Origin: Haliotis cracherodii
Taxonomy: Eukaryota
Length of the DNA stretch: 64,000 bases
Direction of reading: 5' to 3'
NCBI RefSeq assembly: GCF_022045235.1
Contig: NW_027266308.1
Location: 68,572,001-68,636,000 of the forward strand
Each line of letters opens with the position of its first letter. The first letter of the stretch is position 1. The translations under genes and the position numbers were made by a program. The notes beneath the pieces were generated by a model, which was given only the letters and a program-made list of their open reading frames with translations, had not been told where the DNA came from and did no database searches. Shown here in pieces: positions 36,701 to 49,088 of this stretch.

Positions 36701-39700
36701 TTTGATTTCTTTTGAGTAGTATATATATTAATGTCTGAATTAAAAGATCACCGTTGTTGCATCTGATTCATTTGAATATTTGGCCTAACCATTACTTCAT
36801 GGACTGGGACCCCGTGGGGACCCAGGTAGGAATAAGTCAAGTCTACTGCTTGTCATGAAGAGGCCACTATATCGGTGACTGGGTTGATGGACGACATGGG
36901 ATGTTGCTCACACTGTCAACCACTTCATGGTCAGATACTGTACAGGATGCTATAATATAGCTGCAATACTGCTGACCGTGGTGTACAACATTTATGTCGT
37001 GTACAAGGAAATATATGATCAGTCTGGTACCCGGTAATTATGTTTCCCCATGCTTTCAGGATCCCAAGATTCTGCTCCTGGATGAGGCGACGAGGTTAGT
37101 ATGTCAACAATTTACATGCAAGTTTTCTGCCCTTCAGAATAGGTCTTTAATAAACCCATGCTTACCGTAAAAGGCGACCATGCTTGTCATAAGAGGCAAC
37201 TTATCGGGTGGTCAAGCTCATTGACTTGGTTGATGCCTGTCATCGTATCCCAATTGCATGGATTGATGATCATAATATCAATCACTGGTCTGGTCCAGAC
37301 TCGATTATTTACAGACCACGTAATCTAGCTAGAATATTGCTGAGTGCGGCGTTAAACAACATACTAGTGTATTACTTGTGTAAAGTGAGTGTATTACTTG
37401 TGTAACATGATTGTATTACCAGTGTACCATGAGTGTATTACTTGTGTAACATGATTGTATTACCAGTGTAACGTGAGTGTATTACTAGTGTAACGTGAGT
37501 GTATTACCAGTGTAACGTGAGTGTATCACTAGTGTAACGTGAGTGTATTACCAGTGTAACGTGAGTGTATTACTAGTGTAATGTGAGTGTATTACCAGTG
37601 TACCATGAGTGTATTACTAGTGTTACGTGAGTGTATTACTAGTGTAACGTGAGTGTATTACTAGTGTAATGTGAGTGTATTACCAGTGTACCATGAGTGT
37701 ATTACTAGTGTTACGTGAGTGTATTACTAGTGTAACGTGAGTGTATTACTAGTGTAACTTGAGTGTATTACCAGTGTAACATGAGTGTATTACTAGTGTA
37801 ACGTGAGTGTATTACTAGTGTAACGTGAGTGTATTACCAGTGTAACATGAGTGTATTACTAGTGTAATGTGAGTGTATTACCAGTGTAACATGAGTGTAT
37901 TACCAGTGTAACGTGAGTGTATTACTAGTGTAACGTGAGTGTATTACTCTCGTTACGTGAGTGTATTACTAGTGTAACGTGAGTGTATTACCAGTGTAAC
38001 GTGAGTGTATTACCAGTGTAACGTGAGTGTATTACTAGTGTAACGTGAGTGTATTACTAGTGTAACGTGAGTGTATTACCAGTGTAACGTGAGTGTATTA
38101 CCAGTGTAACGTGAGTGTATTACTAGTGTAACGTGAGTGTATTACCAGTGTAACGTGAGTGTATTACCAGTGTAACGTGAGTGTATTACCAGTGTAACGT
38201 GAGTGTATTACCAGTGTAACGTGAGTGTATTACTAGTGTAACGTGAGTGTATTACTCTCGTTACGTGAGTGTATTACTAGTGTAACGTGAGTGTATTACC
38301 AGTGTAACGTGAGTGTATTACCAGTGTAACGTGAGTGTATTACTAGTGTAACGTGAGTGTATTACTAGTGTAACGTGAGTGTATTACTCTCGTTACGTGA
38401 GTGTATTACTAGTGTAACGTGAGTGTATTACCAGTGTAACGTGAGTGTATTACCAGTGTAATGTGAGTGTATTACTTGTGTAACGTGAGTGTATTACCAG
38501 TGTAACATGAGTGTATTACCAGTGTAACGTGAGTGTATTACTAGTGTAACGTGAGTGTATTACCAGTGTAACGTGAGTGTATTACCAGTGTAACATGAGT
38601 GTATTACCAGTGTAACGTGAGTGTATTACTAGTGTAACATGATTGTATTACCAGTGTAACGTGAGTGTATTACTAGTGTAACGTGAGTGTATTACTTGTG
38701 TAACGTGAGTGTATTAGCAGTGTAACGTGAGTGTATTACCAGTGTAACGTGAGTGTATTACCAGTGTAACATGAGTGTATTACTAGTGTAACGTGAGTGT
38801 ATTACTAGTGTAACGTGAGTGTATTACCAGTGTAACGTGAGTGTATTACTAGTGTAACATGATTGTATTACCAGTGTAACGTGAGTGTATTACCAGTGTA
38901 ACGTGAGTGTATTACCAGTGTAACGTGAGTGTATTACCAGTGTAACGTGAGTGTATTACTAGTGTAACATGATTGTATTACCAGTGTAACGTGAGTGTAT
39001 TACCAGTGTAACGTGAGTGTATTACCAGTGTAACATGAGTGTATTACCAGTGTAACGTGAGTGTATTACTAGTGTAACATGATTGTATTACCAGTGTAAC
39101 GTGAGTGTATTACTAGTGTAACGTGAGTGTATTACTTGTGTAACGTGAGTGTATTACCAGTGTAACGTGAGTGTATTACCAGTGTAACGTGAGTGTATTA
39201 CCAGTGTAACATGAGTGTATTACTAGTGTAACGTGAGTGTATTACTAGTGTAACGTGAGTGTATTACTCTCGTTACGTGAGTGTATTACTAGTGTAACGT
39301 GAGTGTATTACCAGTGTAACGTGAGTGTATTACTAGTGTAACGTGAGTGTATTACTAGTGTAACGTGAGTGTATTACTCTCGTTACGTGAGTGTATTACT
39401 AGTGTAACGTGAGTGTATTACTAGTGTAACATGATTGTATTACCAGTGTAACGTGAGTGTATTACTAGTGTAACGTGAGTGTATTACTCTCGTTACGTGA
39501 GTGTATTACTTGTGTAACGTGAGTGTATTACCAGTGTAACATGAGTGTATTACCAGTGTAACATGAGTGTATTACTAGTGTAACGTGAGTGTATTACTAG
39601 TGTAACGTGAGTGTATTACTAGTGTAACGTGAGTGTATTACTAGTGTAACATGAGTGTATTACTAGTGTAACGTGAGTGTATTACTAGTGTAACGTGAGT

Positions 39701-40256
39701 GTATTACCAGTGTAACGTGAGTGTATTACCAGTGTAACGTGAGTGTATTACTAGTGTAACGTGAGTGTATTACTAGTGTAACGTGAGTGTATTACTCTCG
39801 TTACGTGAGTGTATTACTAGTGTAACGTGAGTGTATTACCAGTGTAACGTGAGTGTATTACCAGTGTAACATGAGTGTATTACCAGTGTAACGTGAGTGT
39901 ATTACTAGTGTAACGTGAGTGCATTACCAGTGTAACATGAGTGTATTACCAGTGTAACATGATTGTATTACCTGTGTAACGTGAGTGAATTACCAGTGTA
40001 ACTGTTACTGTGTTCCTATATTTGCAGTGCCCTGGATGCAGAGAGCGAGTATCTTGTCCAGGAAGCCTTGGAGAGGCTGATGGTAGGCCGGACAGTTATC
40101 ACAATAGCCCACAGACTCTCTACAATCAAAACAGCCAATCAGATAGCTGTGATAAACGACGGCTGTATTGTGGAGGCTGGGAGCTACGATGAACTCATGT
40201 TGTTGACAGATGGGATGTTCCGGAGACTGGTCGAACGACAAACTATAACACGATGA
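21762..40256 (+). CDS. ABCB10: ATP-binding cassette sub-family B member 10, mitochondrial half-transporter (~634 aa)
   Basis: Exons 21762-21969, 28407-28813, 29320-29454, 29960-30106, 32055-32190, 32414-32509, 33071-33277, 34519-34598, 35396-35576, 36545-36588, 37060-37094, 40028-40256; all GT-AG and phase-compatible (1905 nt). TMD motifs [17 protein letters not shown] and [15 protein letters not shown]; Walker [11 protein letters not shown]-loop VSQEPVLF, signature [14 protein letters not shown], Walker [14 protein letters not shown]-loop [17 protein letters not shown] and [21 protein letters not shown] are ABCB10-like. Start codon less certain. Confidence 0.93.
22286..22550 (+). mobile_element. 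Non-autonomous retroposon, family C
   Basis: Same start and body (GTCGTAAGAGGCGACTAACGGG…GGTCCAGACTCGATTATTTACAGACC), (CAAA)n tail. Confidence 0.85.
23155..23334. mobile_element. Tc1/mariner (pogo/Tigger-like) MITE
   Basis: TA|CAGTAAAACTA … TAGTTTACTG|TA termini, with internal TATAACGAAC repeats. Confidence 0.7.
23878..24075. repeat. 63-bp tandem repeat, 3 copies
   Basis: TTTGATCATTAAGAAGGCATACAATTTCTATATATACATGAACTTATGGAGGGGG… repeated. Confidence 0.9.
26150..26442. repeat. ~31-bp tandem repeat, ~9 copies
   Basis: GTATGCAGAATGAGATTACGTATATTTATGC variants. Confidence 0.9.
26899..27129 (+). mobile_element. Non-autonomous retroposon, family C (no tRNA head)
   Basis: Begins GACCCGTGAAGATC, ends with GCTGGAATATTGC…GTTAAAC plus a CAAA-rich tail; 12-bp TSD ACATTCTCATGA. 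Confidence 0.85.
27329..27600 (+). mobile_element. Non-autonomous retroposon, family C
   Basis: Same 5' start ACCCGTGAAGATC, (CAAA)n tail, duplicated TAATTTTGC flanks. Confidence 0.85.
27796..28288. mobile_element. hAT-type MITE containing an ABCB10 exon fragment
   Basis: TIRs TAGGGCTGTTACGATTCAC / GTGTATTCGTTACAGCCCTA; perfect 8-bp TSD GTGACTAT. Confidence 0.85.
28805..29012. repeat. G-rich repeat (21-bp core unit) containing the ABCB10 exon-2 donor
   Basis: GGGGATGATG|GTGAGTTGGAA repeated. Confidence 0.85.
29559..29857. repeat. 62-bp tandem repeat, ~5 copies
   Basis: AGCTGTGATCGTTCTCATCCAATCACATCCCTGGTGATGAGGGGAGACAACTTAAGGTTTTC repeated. Confidence 0.9.
30231..31523. mobile_element. Non-autonomous hAT-like insertion (~1.3 kb)
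   Basis: Ends CAGGGATC… / …AATCGCTG (imperfect TIR); 8-bp TSD GTCTAAAG/GTCTAAGG; splits a unit of the acceptor repeat. Confidence 0.65.
31524..32092. repeat. ~72-bp tandem repeat containing the ABCB10 exon-5 acceptor and exon start, ~8 copies
   Basis: TTATCTCCCCCTGTTTCTGTTGCAG|ACGGGGATGTCAGGTAATGTCATCGTGCTGTC… repeated. Confidence 0.92.
32520..32932. repeat. Polypyrimidine low-complexity tract
   Basis: CCT/CACT-rich with almost no G; potential H-DNA. Confidence 0.9.
33260..34171. repeat. 36-bp tandem repeat containing the ABCB10 exon-7 donor, ~25 copies
   Basis: TGTACGATCCCACGCAAG|GTAAGTACACTCCCCACT repeated. Confidence 0.95.
36035..36168. other. Assembly gap (N run)
   Basis: Run of n characters. 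Confidence 1.
37136..37360 (+). mobile_element. Family C element
   Basis: Body and tail match family C. Further degenerate copies at ~20720-20897, 36810-36990, 41900-42085, 50395-50646 (-), 62975-63146 (-). Confidence 0.8.
37363..40003. repeat. 22-bp minisatellite, ~120 copies, in the last ABCB10 intron
   Basis: AGTGTAACGTGAGTGTATTAC(T/C) repeated. Confidence 0.97.
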
Positions 40257-40499
40257 GAAGCGGCATAATTCACAGACACAAAGTTCTATATCAAAATGTA
40301 TCAGTGACAGTGATACATAAATACCTCAGTCACGTGGGTTACGCAACTATGGGGTGGGGTGGGGTGGGGTGGGGTGGGGTGGGGCTAGATCAAGGGGAGG
40401 TAATCCATGTTGATTATTCAGGATATATCAATATGGTCTCTGATGAGAACAAAGAACTCAGTTTTCCAAAATATACTGTCAGAAAAATAGCTGGCTTTT

Positions 40500-41216
40500 C
40501 ATCTCATAGTAGCTAGGATATAATGATGTATCACCTCATGGTAGCTGGGATATAAGTGATGTATCACCTCGTAGTAGCTGGGATGTAAGTGATGTATCAC
40601 CTCATAGTAGCTGGGATGTTTATCACCTCATAGTAGCTGGGATGTTTATCACCTCATAGTAGCTGGGATGTTTATCACCTCATAATAGCTGGGATATAAG
40701 TGATGTATCACCTCATAGTAGCTGGGATGTAAGTGATGTTTTAGCTCGTAGTAGCTGGGATATAAGTGGTTTATCACCTCATAGTAGCAGGGATGTTTAT
40801 CACCCCATAGTAGCTAGGATATAAGTGGTTTATCACCTCATAATAGCTGGGATGTTTATCACCTCATAGTAGCTAGGATATAAGTGGTTTATCACCTCAT
40901 AGTAGCTGGGATGTTTATCACCTCATGGTAGCTGGGATGTTTATCACCTCATAGTAGCTGGGATGTTTACCACCTCATAGTAGCTGGGATGTTTACCACC
41001 TCATTGTAGCTGGGATGTTTACCACCTCATAGTAGCTGGAATGTTTACCACCTCATAGTAGCTGGGATATAAGTGGTTTATCACCTCATAGTAGCTGGGA
41101 TGTTTATCACCTCATAGTAGCTAGGATGTAAGTGGTTTATCACCTCATAGTAGCTGGAATGTTTATCACCTCATAGTAGCTCAGATGTTTACCACCTCAT
41201 AGTAGCTGGGATGTAC
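40500..41216. repeat. 26/35-bp tandem repeat downstream of the ABCB10 stop
   Basis: TCACCTCATAGTAGCTGGGATGTTTA with an optional ~9-nt insert. Confidence 0.92.
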
Positions 41217-42837
41217 CAGTAAGTGGTCAACTGATGAAGTTGTGCATCATTTACACATACTGGAATAAGTTTTTGTAGGCACAATGATCATTATGCAAGT
41301 TTTGATAAAGTGTTTCATATTGAAGGTGCTGTGTATGAGGAGCTGTAGATGATTCTGCTAGTTACCTGATACCATTATGTTGTGATGGTCTCATTGAATG
41401 AGGAAGACAGTTATACTGGCTGGGAGTCACACAGTTAGGTTATTCTTGTTAACAGAAAAGGACATATGATTGGTAGGTCAAAGTTACCATTTTTCTTGGT
41501 TAGAAAAGTGTTTGATAGTGTTTGTAGGAGATTTGTTTCATTCCGATATATTATTAGAAATAGCAGATGACTGGTTAAAAAATGTTTTATTTATTTTGTT
41601 AGTATTTTGTACAACTAGTCACAGAATTGTTACAAGAGTGTGTCCTGTTTTGTTTTATTGTGTATGGTCTATTTTTATCACTTCTTTTTTCATTAGTTGA
41701 ACAGTGTTTCTAATCTATATGTTTCATGGCGGAGTGTATATAATCCAGATTGTTGCTATATAATATATACATATATCCCATATCAGCTCTGTGAGTAGTG
41801 TGGAGTGAAGCATGGAGGTGGTGATATCAAATATTCCATGAAAGTGTCAGGGACTTACTGCTTGTTATTGTTCAGAACTGTTCATGTATTTAAGGAGGAG
41901 TCAAGGTTAGACCCAGCAACCTATGTATGTGATCAGAAGCAACTTAAATGGATTGGGTGTTCAGGCCTGGGGATAAAGAGTCATCATTCCCCGACAGAGT
42001 GGGATGTTTACCATGACATCAAGCACTGGATTGTCTGGTCAAATTGATGTCCAAGTTGCTGTGATATATCTGGAATATTGCAGACTGCATCTTCCCGGGA
42101 TCAAGTGTGTCCACTAGCCTATATCAAAGCCTAGTTTCTACCCTTGACACATCAAGGTCTCTTTTCTAGGCTCGAAACTGGCCCCACTTTGCATAGATCA
42201 CGAGTTGTGCCCTTTGTAATGAAAACGCGATATTCAATCAGATCACTGTTCTCATCTCATATAGCTTCAGAAAGGTGGTGACTACCATAGGTGATGACAC
42301 AGTTGCGATTTCATCACTGACACAAAAACATAGGCAATCGTTGGGGGTTTAACAGATGAAAAAGATATATTTGTGTCAACAAAGACAGGTAAATCACTTT
42401 TATACGAAAGTTGTGGATGTTGATTTTGTGAAATGTTCTCTGATTGGACAATCGATATGTGTGATAGTCCAATCATATTTAGCCCAGGAAAGTGGGCTTG
42501 ATGTGGCAAGGGTGGAAACAAGACTTAGATAAAAAGGCTGGTGGACGCTCTCACCTTGGAAAGATGTGCAGACTGGCATAAAGTAACATTCACTCGCTAA
42601 ATCTCCTTAACTTTTGTGACTTATCATGAAAACCCAGGTGCTTGTGTCATGCAGTTTCACCTATATTCTAAGGGTAGCCTAAAGGTTAATGCACCAGCTA
42701 GAGACAGGTTTGACCCTGAATGGGTACAGCATATGTTTGTTTGTGTGTCTGCCCTGATTTTGGAAACACTTGGCTGTGAACCATGCCCACTCTACGTACA
42801 TCGGAAACTATGGAGGCAAACATCTACTTACAATAGT

Positions 42838-42988
42838 GGGCGGTGCGGTAGCTAAATGGTTAGAGCATTTGTTAGCAGTCTCAAGGACCGTGTTCTATTC
42901 CCCACATGTGTACAATGTGTGAAGTCCCTTCCTGGTGACCACCACCGTGATATTGCTGGAATAAAGCCATACTCACTCACTCACTCAC
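42838..42988 (+). mobile_element. Short tRNA-derived SINE, family B
   Basis: Same head, GTACAATGTGTGAAG core and (CACT)n tail as the 6325 copy. Confidence 0.8.
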
Positions 42989-43674
42989 GGTAGATTGTTT
43001 GGCGTCCATGGACAGTACCATTTAATAGTATGACAGTCATGCTTGGCAGTGTGAGTGATGAATGTCATGCGAGGTAAAGAGATTTGCGGGTTGAATATGG
43101 TATTTACTGCAAATTCTTGAGGCAGGTTTCCAGGTCTCAACAAGGTACTACTGAAACAAACACATCTGGGTTTGGAGGATGTGTTTTCTTCTAAGGAACC
43201 CATATTTTATACATGGGATGTACAGGAGGTTGAGAGGCACCAGGTGCCCTGTAACCATAGCAACTGGTCAACATTTATCATACTGTATGTTCCACTAAGG
43301 TTCACTGTCCCCACTGCCATGTCATGTTGTCATCACTGTGCTCCATGACAGTGGCCCTTACACCACTGATGTGTGCGCCTTCACTGCACACTGAGCCCAT
43401 GGCCTACCCTGACATTATTCTGTAACCTGAGTTGATGAACTGCAGCTGCGGATGTGATTCATGAATGTATATCTGTTGCTGTATTTATCAACAGTTTGCA
43501 GCAATGCATCTTAGTCTATAGTTTCTCTACTGTCAAAACAGTACCCTATTTTTCATTGGTATGGCATAATAAACTCCACAAAACTGCTTCATGCTGTGTT
43601 TCTGATCTGTGAAGGTGTAGACATGGTAGAATTGTATCCTGATCCCATCGTTGAGCTACATTTCATATCCTCCT

Positions 43675-44168
43675 CGGCACAAGTGGCCCATCTAAGGCAC
43701 TGCAATTTGCTGTGCAGAGTTGTTTCCCTTGGGCATGCCAGGAACCTATGATCCAATGCCAGTCAGCACAATACCTGTGTTCACCTAATTACCTACCACT
43801 ACATTTGTGACCTACATCACTTTGCTTTCCTCCCAAATCATGTCTCAGCAAAACTTGCCTGCCGTAAAAGGCGACTATGCTTGTCGTAAGAGGCGACTAA
43901 CAGGATCGGGTGGTCAGGCTCGCTGACTTGGTTGATGCATGTCATTGATCCAAATTGCGTGGATCAGTGCTCATGAAATTAATCACTGGATTGTCTGGTC
44001 CTGACTCGATTATTTACAGACCGCCGTCTGGAATATATATAGCTGGAATATTGCTGAGTGTGCCATAAAACAACAAACCATCCATCCTCCCAAAACAAGT
44101 GGACATGCCGTGCTTTAACTGGAATAGACTGTTCAAAGTGGTGTTAAACCCAACCCACTCACTCACTC
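43675..44168 (+). mobile_element. Degenerate family A SINE interrupted by a nested family C element (43838-44084)
   Basis: Family A head and tail are separated by a family C body flanked by duplicated TCCTCCCAAA (43828-43837 / 44085-44094). Confidence 0.8.
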
Positions 44169-44454
44169 GTATCCTACTGATGATAAACAATAAATTATAA
44201 AAAAATACTCCATCAAAAGTAATACCACAGCGTGGTACACCAGAACCTATGTGGGGATTCGAACCCGGGTCTTCGGCGTGATTTGATGAGTGAACGCTCT
44301 AACCACTAGGCTACACCTACGCCCCCATTTGACCATGAACTATGTAGTTGTAACTGACTGAAACCACCTCTGTGGTCTGCCTGGAGAACGGAAGGACTGT
44401 GGTTAGGTTCCCGGACCTTTAAAGATGGTACTTGTTGTTTCCCTGCCTAGTGGT

Positions 44455-44996
44455 CTCACTGGCTTCTTCTGCATGCTTGGGTGGTCCAGTTGCTGCCTCA
44501 CTGGCTTCTTCTGCATGCTTGGGTGGTCCAGTTGCTGCCTCACCGGCTTCTTCTGCATGCTTGGGTGGTCCAGTTGCTGCCTCACCACCTTCTTCTGCAT
44601 GCTTGGGTGGTCCAGTTGCTGCCTCACTGGCTTCTTCTGCTTGCTTGGGTGGTCCAGTTGCTGCCTCACCAGCTTCTTCTGCATGCTTGGGTGGTCCAGT
44701 TGCTGCCTCACTGGCTTCTTCTGCTTGCTTGGGTGGTCCAGTTGCTGCCTCACCGGCTTCTTCTGCATGCTTGGGTGGTTCAGTTGCTGCCTCACTGGCT
44801 TCTTCTGCATGCTTGGGTGGTCCAGTTGCTGCCTCACTGGCTTCTTCTGCTTGCTTGGGTGGTCCAGTTGCTGCCTCACCAGCTTCTTCTGCATGCTTGG
44901 GTGGTCCAGTTGCTGCCTCACTGGCTTCTTCTGCTTGCTTGGGTGGTCCAGTTGCTGCCTCACTGGCTTCTTCTGCATGCTTGGGTGGTCCAGTTG
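44455..44996. repeat. 42-bp tandem repeat, ~13 copies
   Basis: CTCACTGGCTTCTTCTGCATGCTTGGGTGGTCCAGTTGCTGC repeated. Confidence 0.95.
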
Positions 44997-45816
44997 TAGA
45001 AGTGTTTGCTCACCAAGCTGTAGTCCAGGTTCAAATAGACACATTTATATAAGGCCCTGTTAACAAGGTAAGGCAGATAACAGTTTTTGTCAAAGCAAGC
45101 TGATCTTAAAGGGTTCGATCACTTTAACGAATAAAAACAAAACAAACAACAGTTGATTTGTTTGCAATGTATATTCACTCAAAATTGGTTAAAGCATGAC
45201 AATTGCTTAATCACTTCCAATTCTGAAATTTAAGATCATAAAACAGATTTAGACGATCACCTGAATATTAATATCATTGATTTCTGTGCGGAAACACGTC
45301 CCTTCAAATATCACATTTTATCTTATAAAATCAAATCATTGAACAGTGTGTAAAAGATTTTCTGTTAATCTTCCTGTCGATCAGACACTGAAACAGTAAG
45401 ATGGCCAAATAAAACGTAGGACTGCCTGCTTTGTACTAGTCTTAAGATACGAGGCACACAGGATTCCAGGAGACCGCGACAATAAGCCTGTGACGCCGAG
45501 GCTGGGCATCACACGCCACAACATCGGTCATGGGGAAACCTGTTTCTCTGTCTGGATGACAACCTACGGTATTTATAAAACAGTGACCATGGCAACACAT
45601 ATTCAGATCAAATATTCTTTAAATGGTATGGGTATCAACATCAACAGTTGGGTATTTCTGGCGGTCATATTTCATTGTAAACTCAACAAAAAACTTGCAA
45701 GGTTTTAAGTTCACCTTTCAGTATTTTTTTATATTCAATGGCGACCTTGCCCTGCTGGATCGGAGTTCTGAAGCATACAACCAGTGTGAATGGGGTGAAA
45801 ACAATAGTCATTGAAC

Positions 45817-45941
45817 ATATATTACCTGAAAGAAGTTAAAGAACTCCTCTTTTTTTTCATGACTATAGTTAAACATGTTCATGACAGATTAACTGTCATA
45901 TGAAAAAATTGGGTTTTCTTTAACTTCTTTTGAGAAGGATA
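45817..45941. mobile_element. Small palindromic MITE (second copy at 49198-49327)
   Basis: AAAGAAGTTAAAGAA … TTCTTTAACTTCTTT inverted arms; shares TGACAGATTAACT…AAAAAATTGGG with the 49198 copy. Confidence 0.65.
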
Positions 45942-48118
45942 AATAATGATACTGCAAGTACACAAAGATTCTAATAACTTATAATCTAAGTTCCTCTCAC
46001 AAAATAGGACATAGACAATAATAAATACATCACTTTCCAGAGCCATGAGAAATAGTTTGAGAACATTTCTCTGCAATGACAGACTTGCCCTCCACAACGT
46101 CGGTCATCTACTTACGTTGAAGGGAGGGAGTTGGTTTGAATGCTGCTGTGAACAACATTTCAGTTACATCAGCTTAATGTGGATGCGGCCTGAAGTGTCG
46201 CAGGTCAGACGTCTATCGCTGAAACTACACCCATACTCGCAAACCAAGAATAATAATCGGAGCAAACCGGGATTCAAACCTGGGATGAACCAACCCTTGA
46301 CCAAGGGATGCAACTCTGCACAGCAAGTTGTAGTGTCCTGACAGTCGCCCCGCCCCTCCCCGATTTGTGATTACGGAACTTCACAACATGCATTGGATAC
46401 TTTCATACAATAATCTACCAAGTGGTAGCATCAGCAAGGCATTCTGCAGCACCACGTTGCCCTAGGCGACACAGTCAACCATTCCACACATTATTGTCTC
46501 TGGTTGTAATCTGTCAATTCATGATATATATGTCTCCATGACAACCTCAGAAATAATGCTATGCATACTTCTGCAGAAGTGTTCAAACTAAAGTCGCAAT
46601 AGGTATCCAAAGGACTAATAATAGCAATTACTTCAAGTCCAGATTATGATCTATACCACTCAAAACAAGACCACCCGATTCTTTCATATAACCATAGTTA
46701 ATGTCATGGCATAACCATCTTCCCTAGGCAAGAGAGTTAACTGACTATACAAGTGCCTTGCCGAACTAGGCTGGTATTATGGAGTTACATTTTGGCTGGA
46801 CTAATGAGTCTATGCATAGTCCAATCAAAATAGCGCACCGAAATCGAAATCCTGTTCGTAAACCGTCGTGCAGATTTCGGTCGATTGCATGATTTGCAAA
46901 GCATGTGCACCACAAAGTTGTTGTCAGCAGATATTTTCCAAATCTTTTCATGTTTTTCATCAAGGTGCTCGCATGATTTGATGCATTTCGCGATGTAAGA
47001 CCCGTTTTATCACAATATAGATCTTGATTATCGATCAGATCGTCCTGACTGGGCGCCACCATTTTGTGTGAAGCAAACGCAAGTGATACGAGAGGTGGAA
47101 TCTGATTGGTCAATAGGAGAGGCTTAGAAGGGACATAGCTGGTAATAGCCACTGGTGGCGCTACGAATACCCTTGCATGGGGATAAGAAATGAATTTGTA
47201 AAGGGCCGGCCATTTGTCCTCAGGTATCGTAAAAACAACATTTGTTACTGCAGAGGCTTGATTTTCTGAAAATATTGTCTTGTGAGTCCCAAAAGTCCTT
47301 TATATGTCTTGAATCAAAGACTAACAAATGTTTGGTTATACAAACCCTAGCCAGCACCCTCCAGCTTCTGTCACCTGGGCGGTCCGTGTTGCCAATATGC
47401 AGTAGATTCTAGGTGTACAACTGATAGGATTGAACTCATAACAACAAATATGGGCTGTTATTATCATGAGATATAGAGATTGTTAGCCCAGTGTGTCTTC
47501 ATATCATAAGTATATGTCAGGAATAAAAATTGCATTATGCCAGCCTTTGGTGAACGTAGTACATATTTTATATTCCTTAAATATGATATATGCGATATGG
47601 AAGCACACAAGGGTATAATCTCCTTATCACATAATGTCATTCTTAAATTAATCAAAGTTGAAGCCATACTGCTATTCATTTCAGTAAATTCAGATAAACC
47701 GTGTAGGAATATAAGACCTGAGCGAACCGCCTCATGTAATGATGTAGATCCAAATGATTTGCATCCATGGCTGTTAGCAGAAGTAACGGTAATCCGAGGC
47801 CACGATGTAATCATTAAGGGAGCATCATAAAATTATTGAGAAAGTTTACCCCACATTGATGTACAGAGCTCACTAAAAGTAGTTCCTGCTAGATGACCTC
47901 ATTTGCATATTATCGAATTGTGACAACAAGTGTATCTGATTAGTTTATCGCATCTATAACAATATCCATATGATGAATCATCACACACATGATATTAAGG
48001 TCTATTCACATTCTCAGTTCTACCCCTGATTAGATCTATTTCACGTATCATACCATCATCTACCCATGACATACATTTCGAACATCTTCCTGAGACAAGG
48101 GAGTTAACTGACAATAAA

Positions 48119-48331
48119 AGTCCAGTTTCTACCCTTGCCGAACCAGGCTGGAATTTTGTGGACTGATAGGAGCGCCACCAGTGGCTATTACGAGTCATGT
48201 TCCTTCTGTGTTTGCCATGTTTACGAACTGGATATTGATTTTGTTACACGATTTTGATTGGACTATGCAAAAACTTGTTAGTCAAGCCAAATAGAACACT
48301 AGCCTATTCCGGCAAGGGTGGAAACTGGACT
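48119..48331. mobile_element. MITE with AGTCCAGTTTC(T/C)ACCCTTGCCG TIRs; relatives at 42128-42526 and ~46755-47180
   Basis: Near-perfect inverted termini at 48119-48140 and 48310-48331. Confidence 0.7.
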
Positions 48332-48813
48332 TTTATAGTTAGTAAACTGCCTTGCCTCGGAAAGATGCATCCCTGATGAATCTTGATGGTAGCAACACCA
48401 CCCAGGACATAGCCACAAACCTTGCTGCAAAGATGCTTGCATCTCTGTTGTCATAACATTCATAAATAATGAACCAAAATATCCAGGGCAAATGGCAAAC
48501 GCCATATGCAATTTGAGAAAGATATACAACCCTAAATATCTGTGTACATTACTGGTAAAGATCACAGACCCTCATCTACAAAGGCCCTCTCCCCTCTAAT
48601 CAGCAGCCGACTCGCTGTCTGCAGCCACCAGTAATTAATCACTTGTCCTTCAGATTAGTTGTCTAAAACATGGGAAATCTTGAAAGAAATAATTTGGCAT
48701 ATTCTTAAAAGATATAAAACTTGAATACCTCAACAGGGCCTCAGCAGTGAAGACTTTTAGGCTAAATACATTTTGTTCATAAATCTTGGTAAAGATAGTT
48801 ATTTGTCCTTATA

Positions 48814-49088
48814 GTGAGAGAGTTGGGTTTAACGCCGCTTTTAACAGTATTCCAGTTACATCACGGCGTGTCAGCTTCATGTGGGAGGAAAGCCCGAAGT
48901 GATGCAGGTCTCAGACGTTTACCACTTCGGTGAAACCCAAGAGCACGGGTATGGTGCTGACAAACCTAGAAACATAATCGAGCGAACCGGGATTCGAACC
49001 CACAATCATAGGTTTCTGGCGTGCCCAAGGGACGAAACTCTGCATAGCAAATCATGGCGCCTTAGACGACTGGGCCACCCCTGCCCCC
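48814..49088 (-). mobile_element. tRNA-derived SINE, family A
   Basis: Reverse complement of family A; 14-bp TSD TATTTGTCCTTATA (48800-48813 / 49089-49102). Confidence 0.9.

Noticed and set aside
40500-41216. Multiple let-7 target sites in the putative ABCB10 3' UTR
   Set aside because: The unit has CACCTCA, not the TACCTCA seed match, and the 3' UTR extent is unknown.
47146-47163. CTCF site
   Set aside because: One base short of the core spacing and lies within a MITE.
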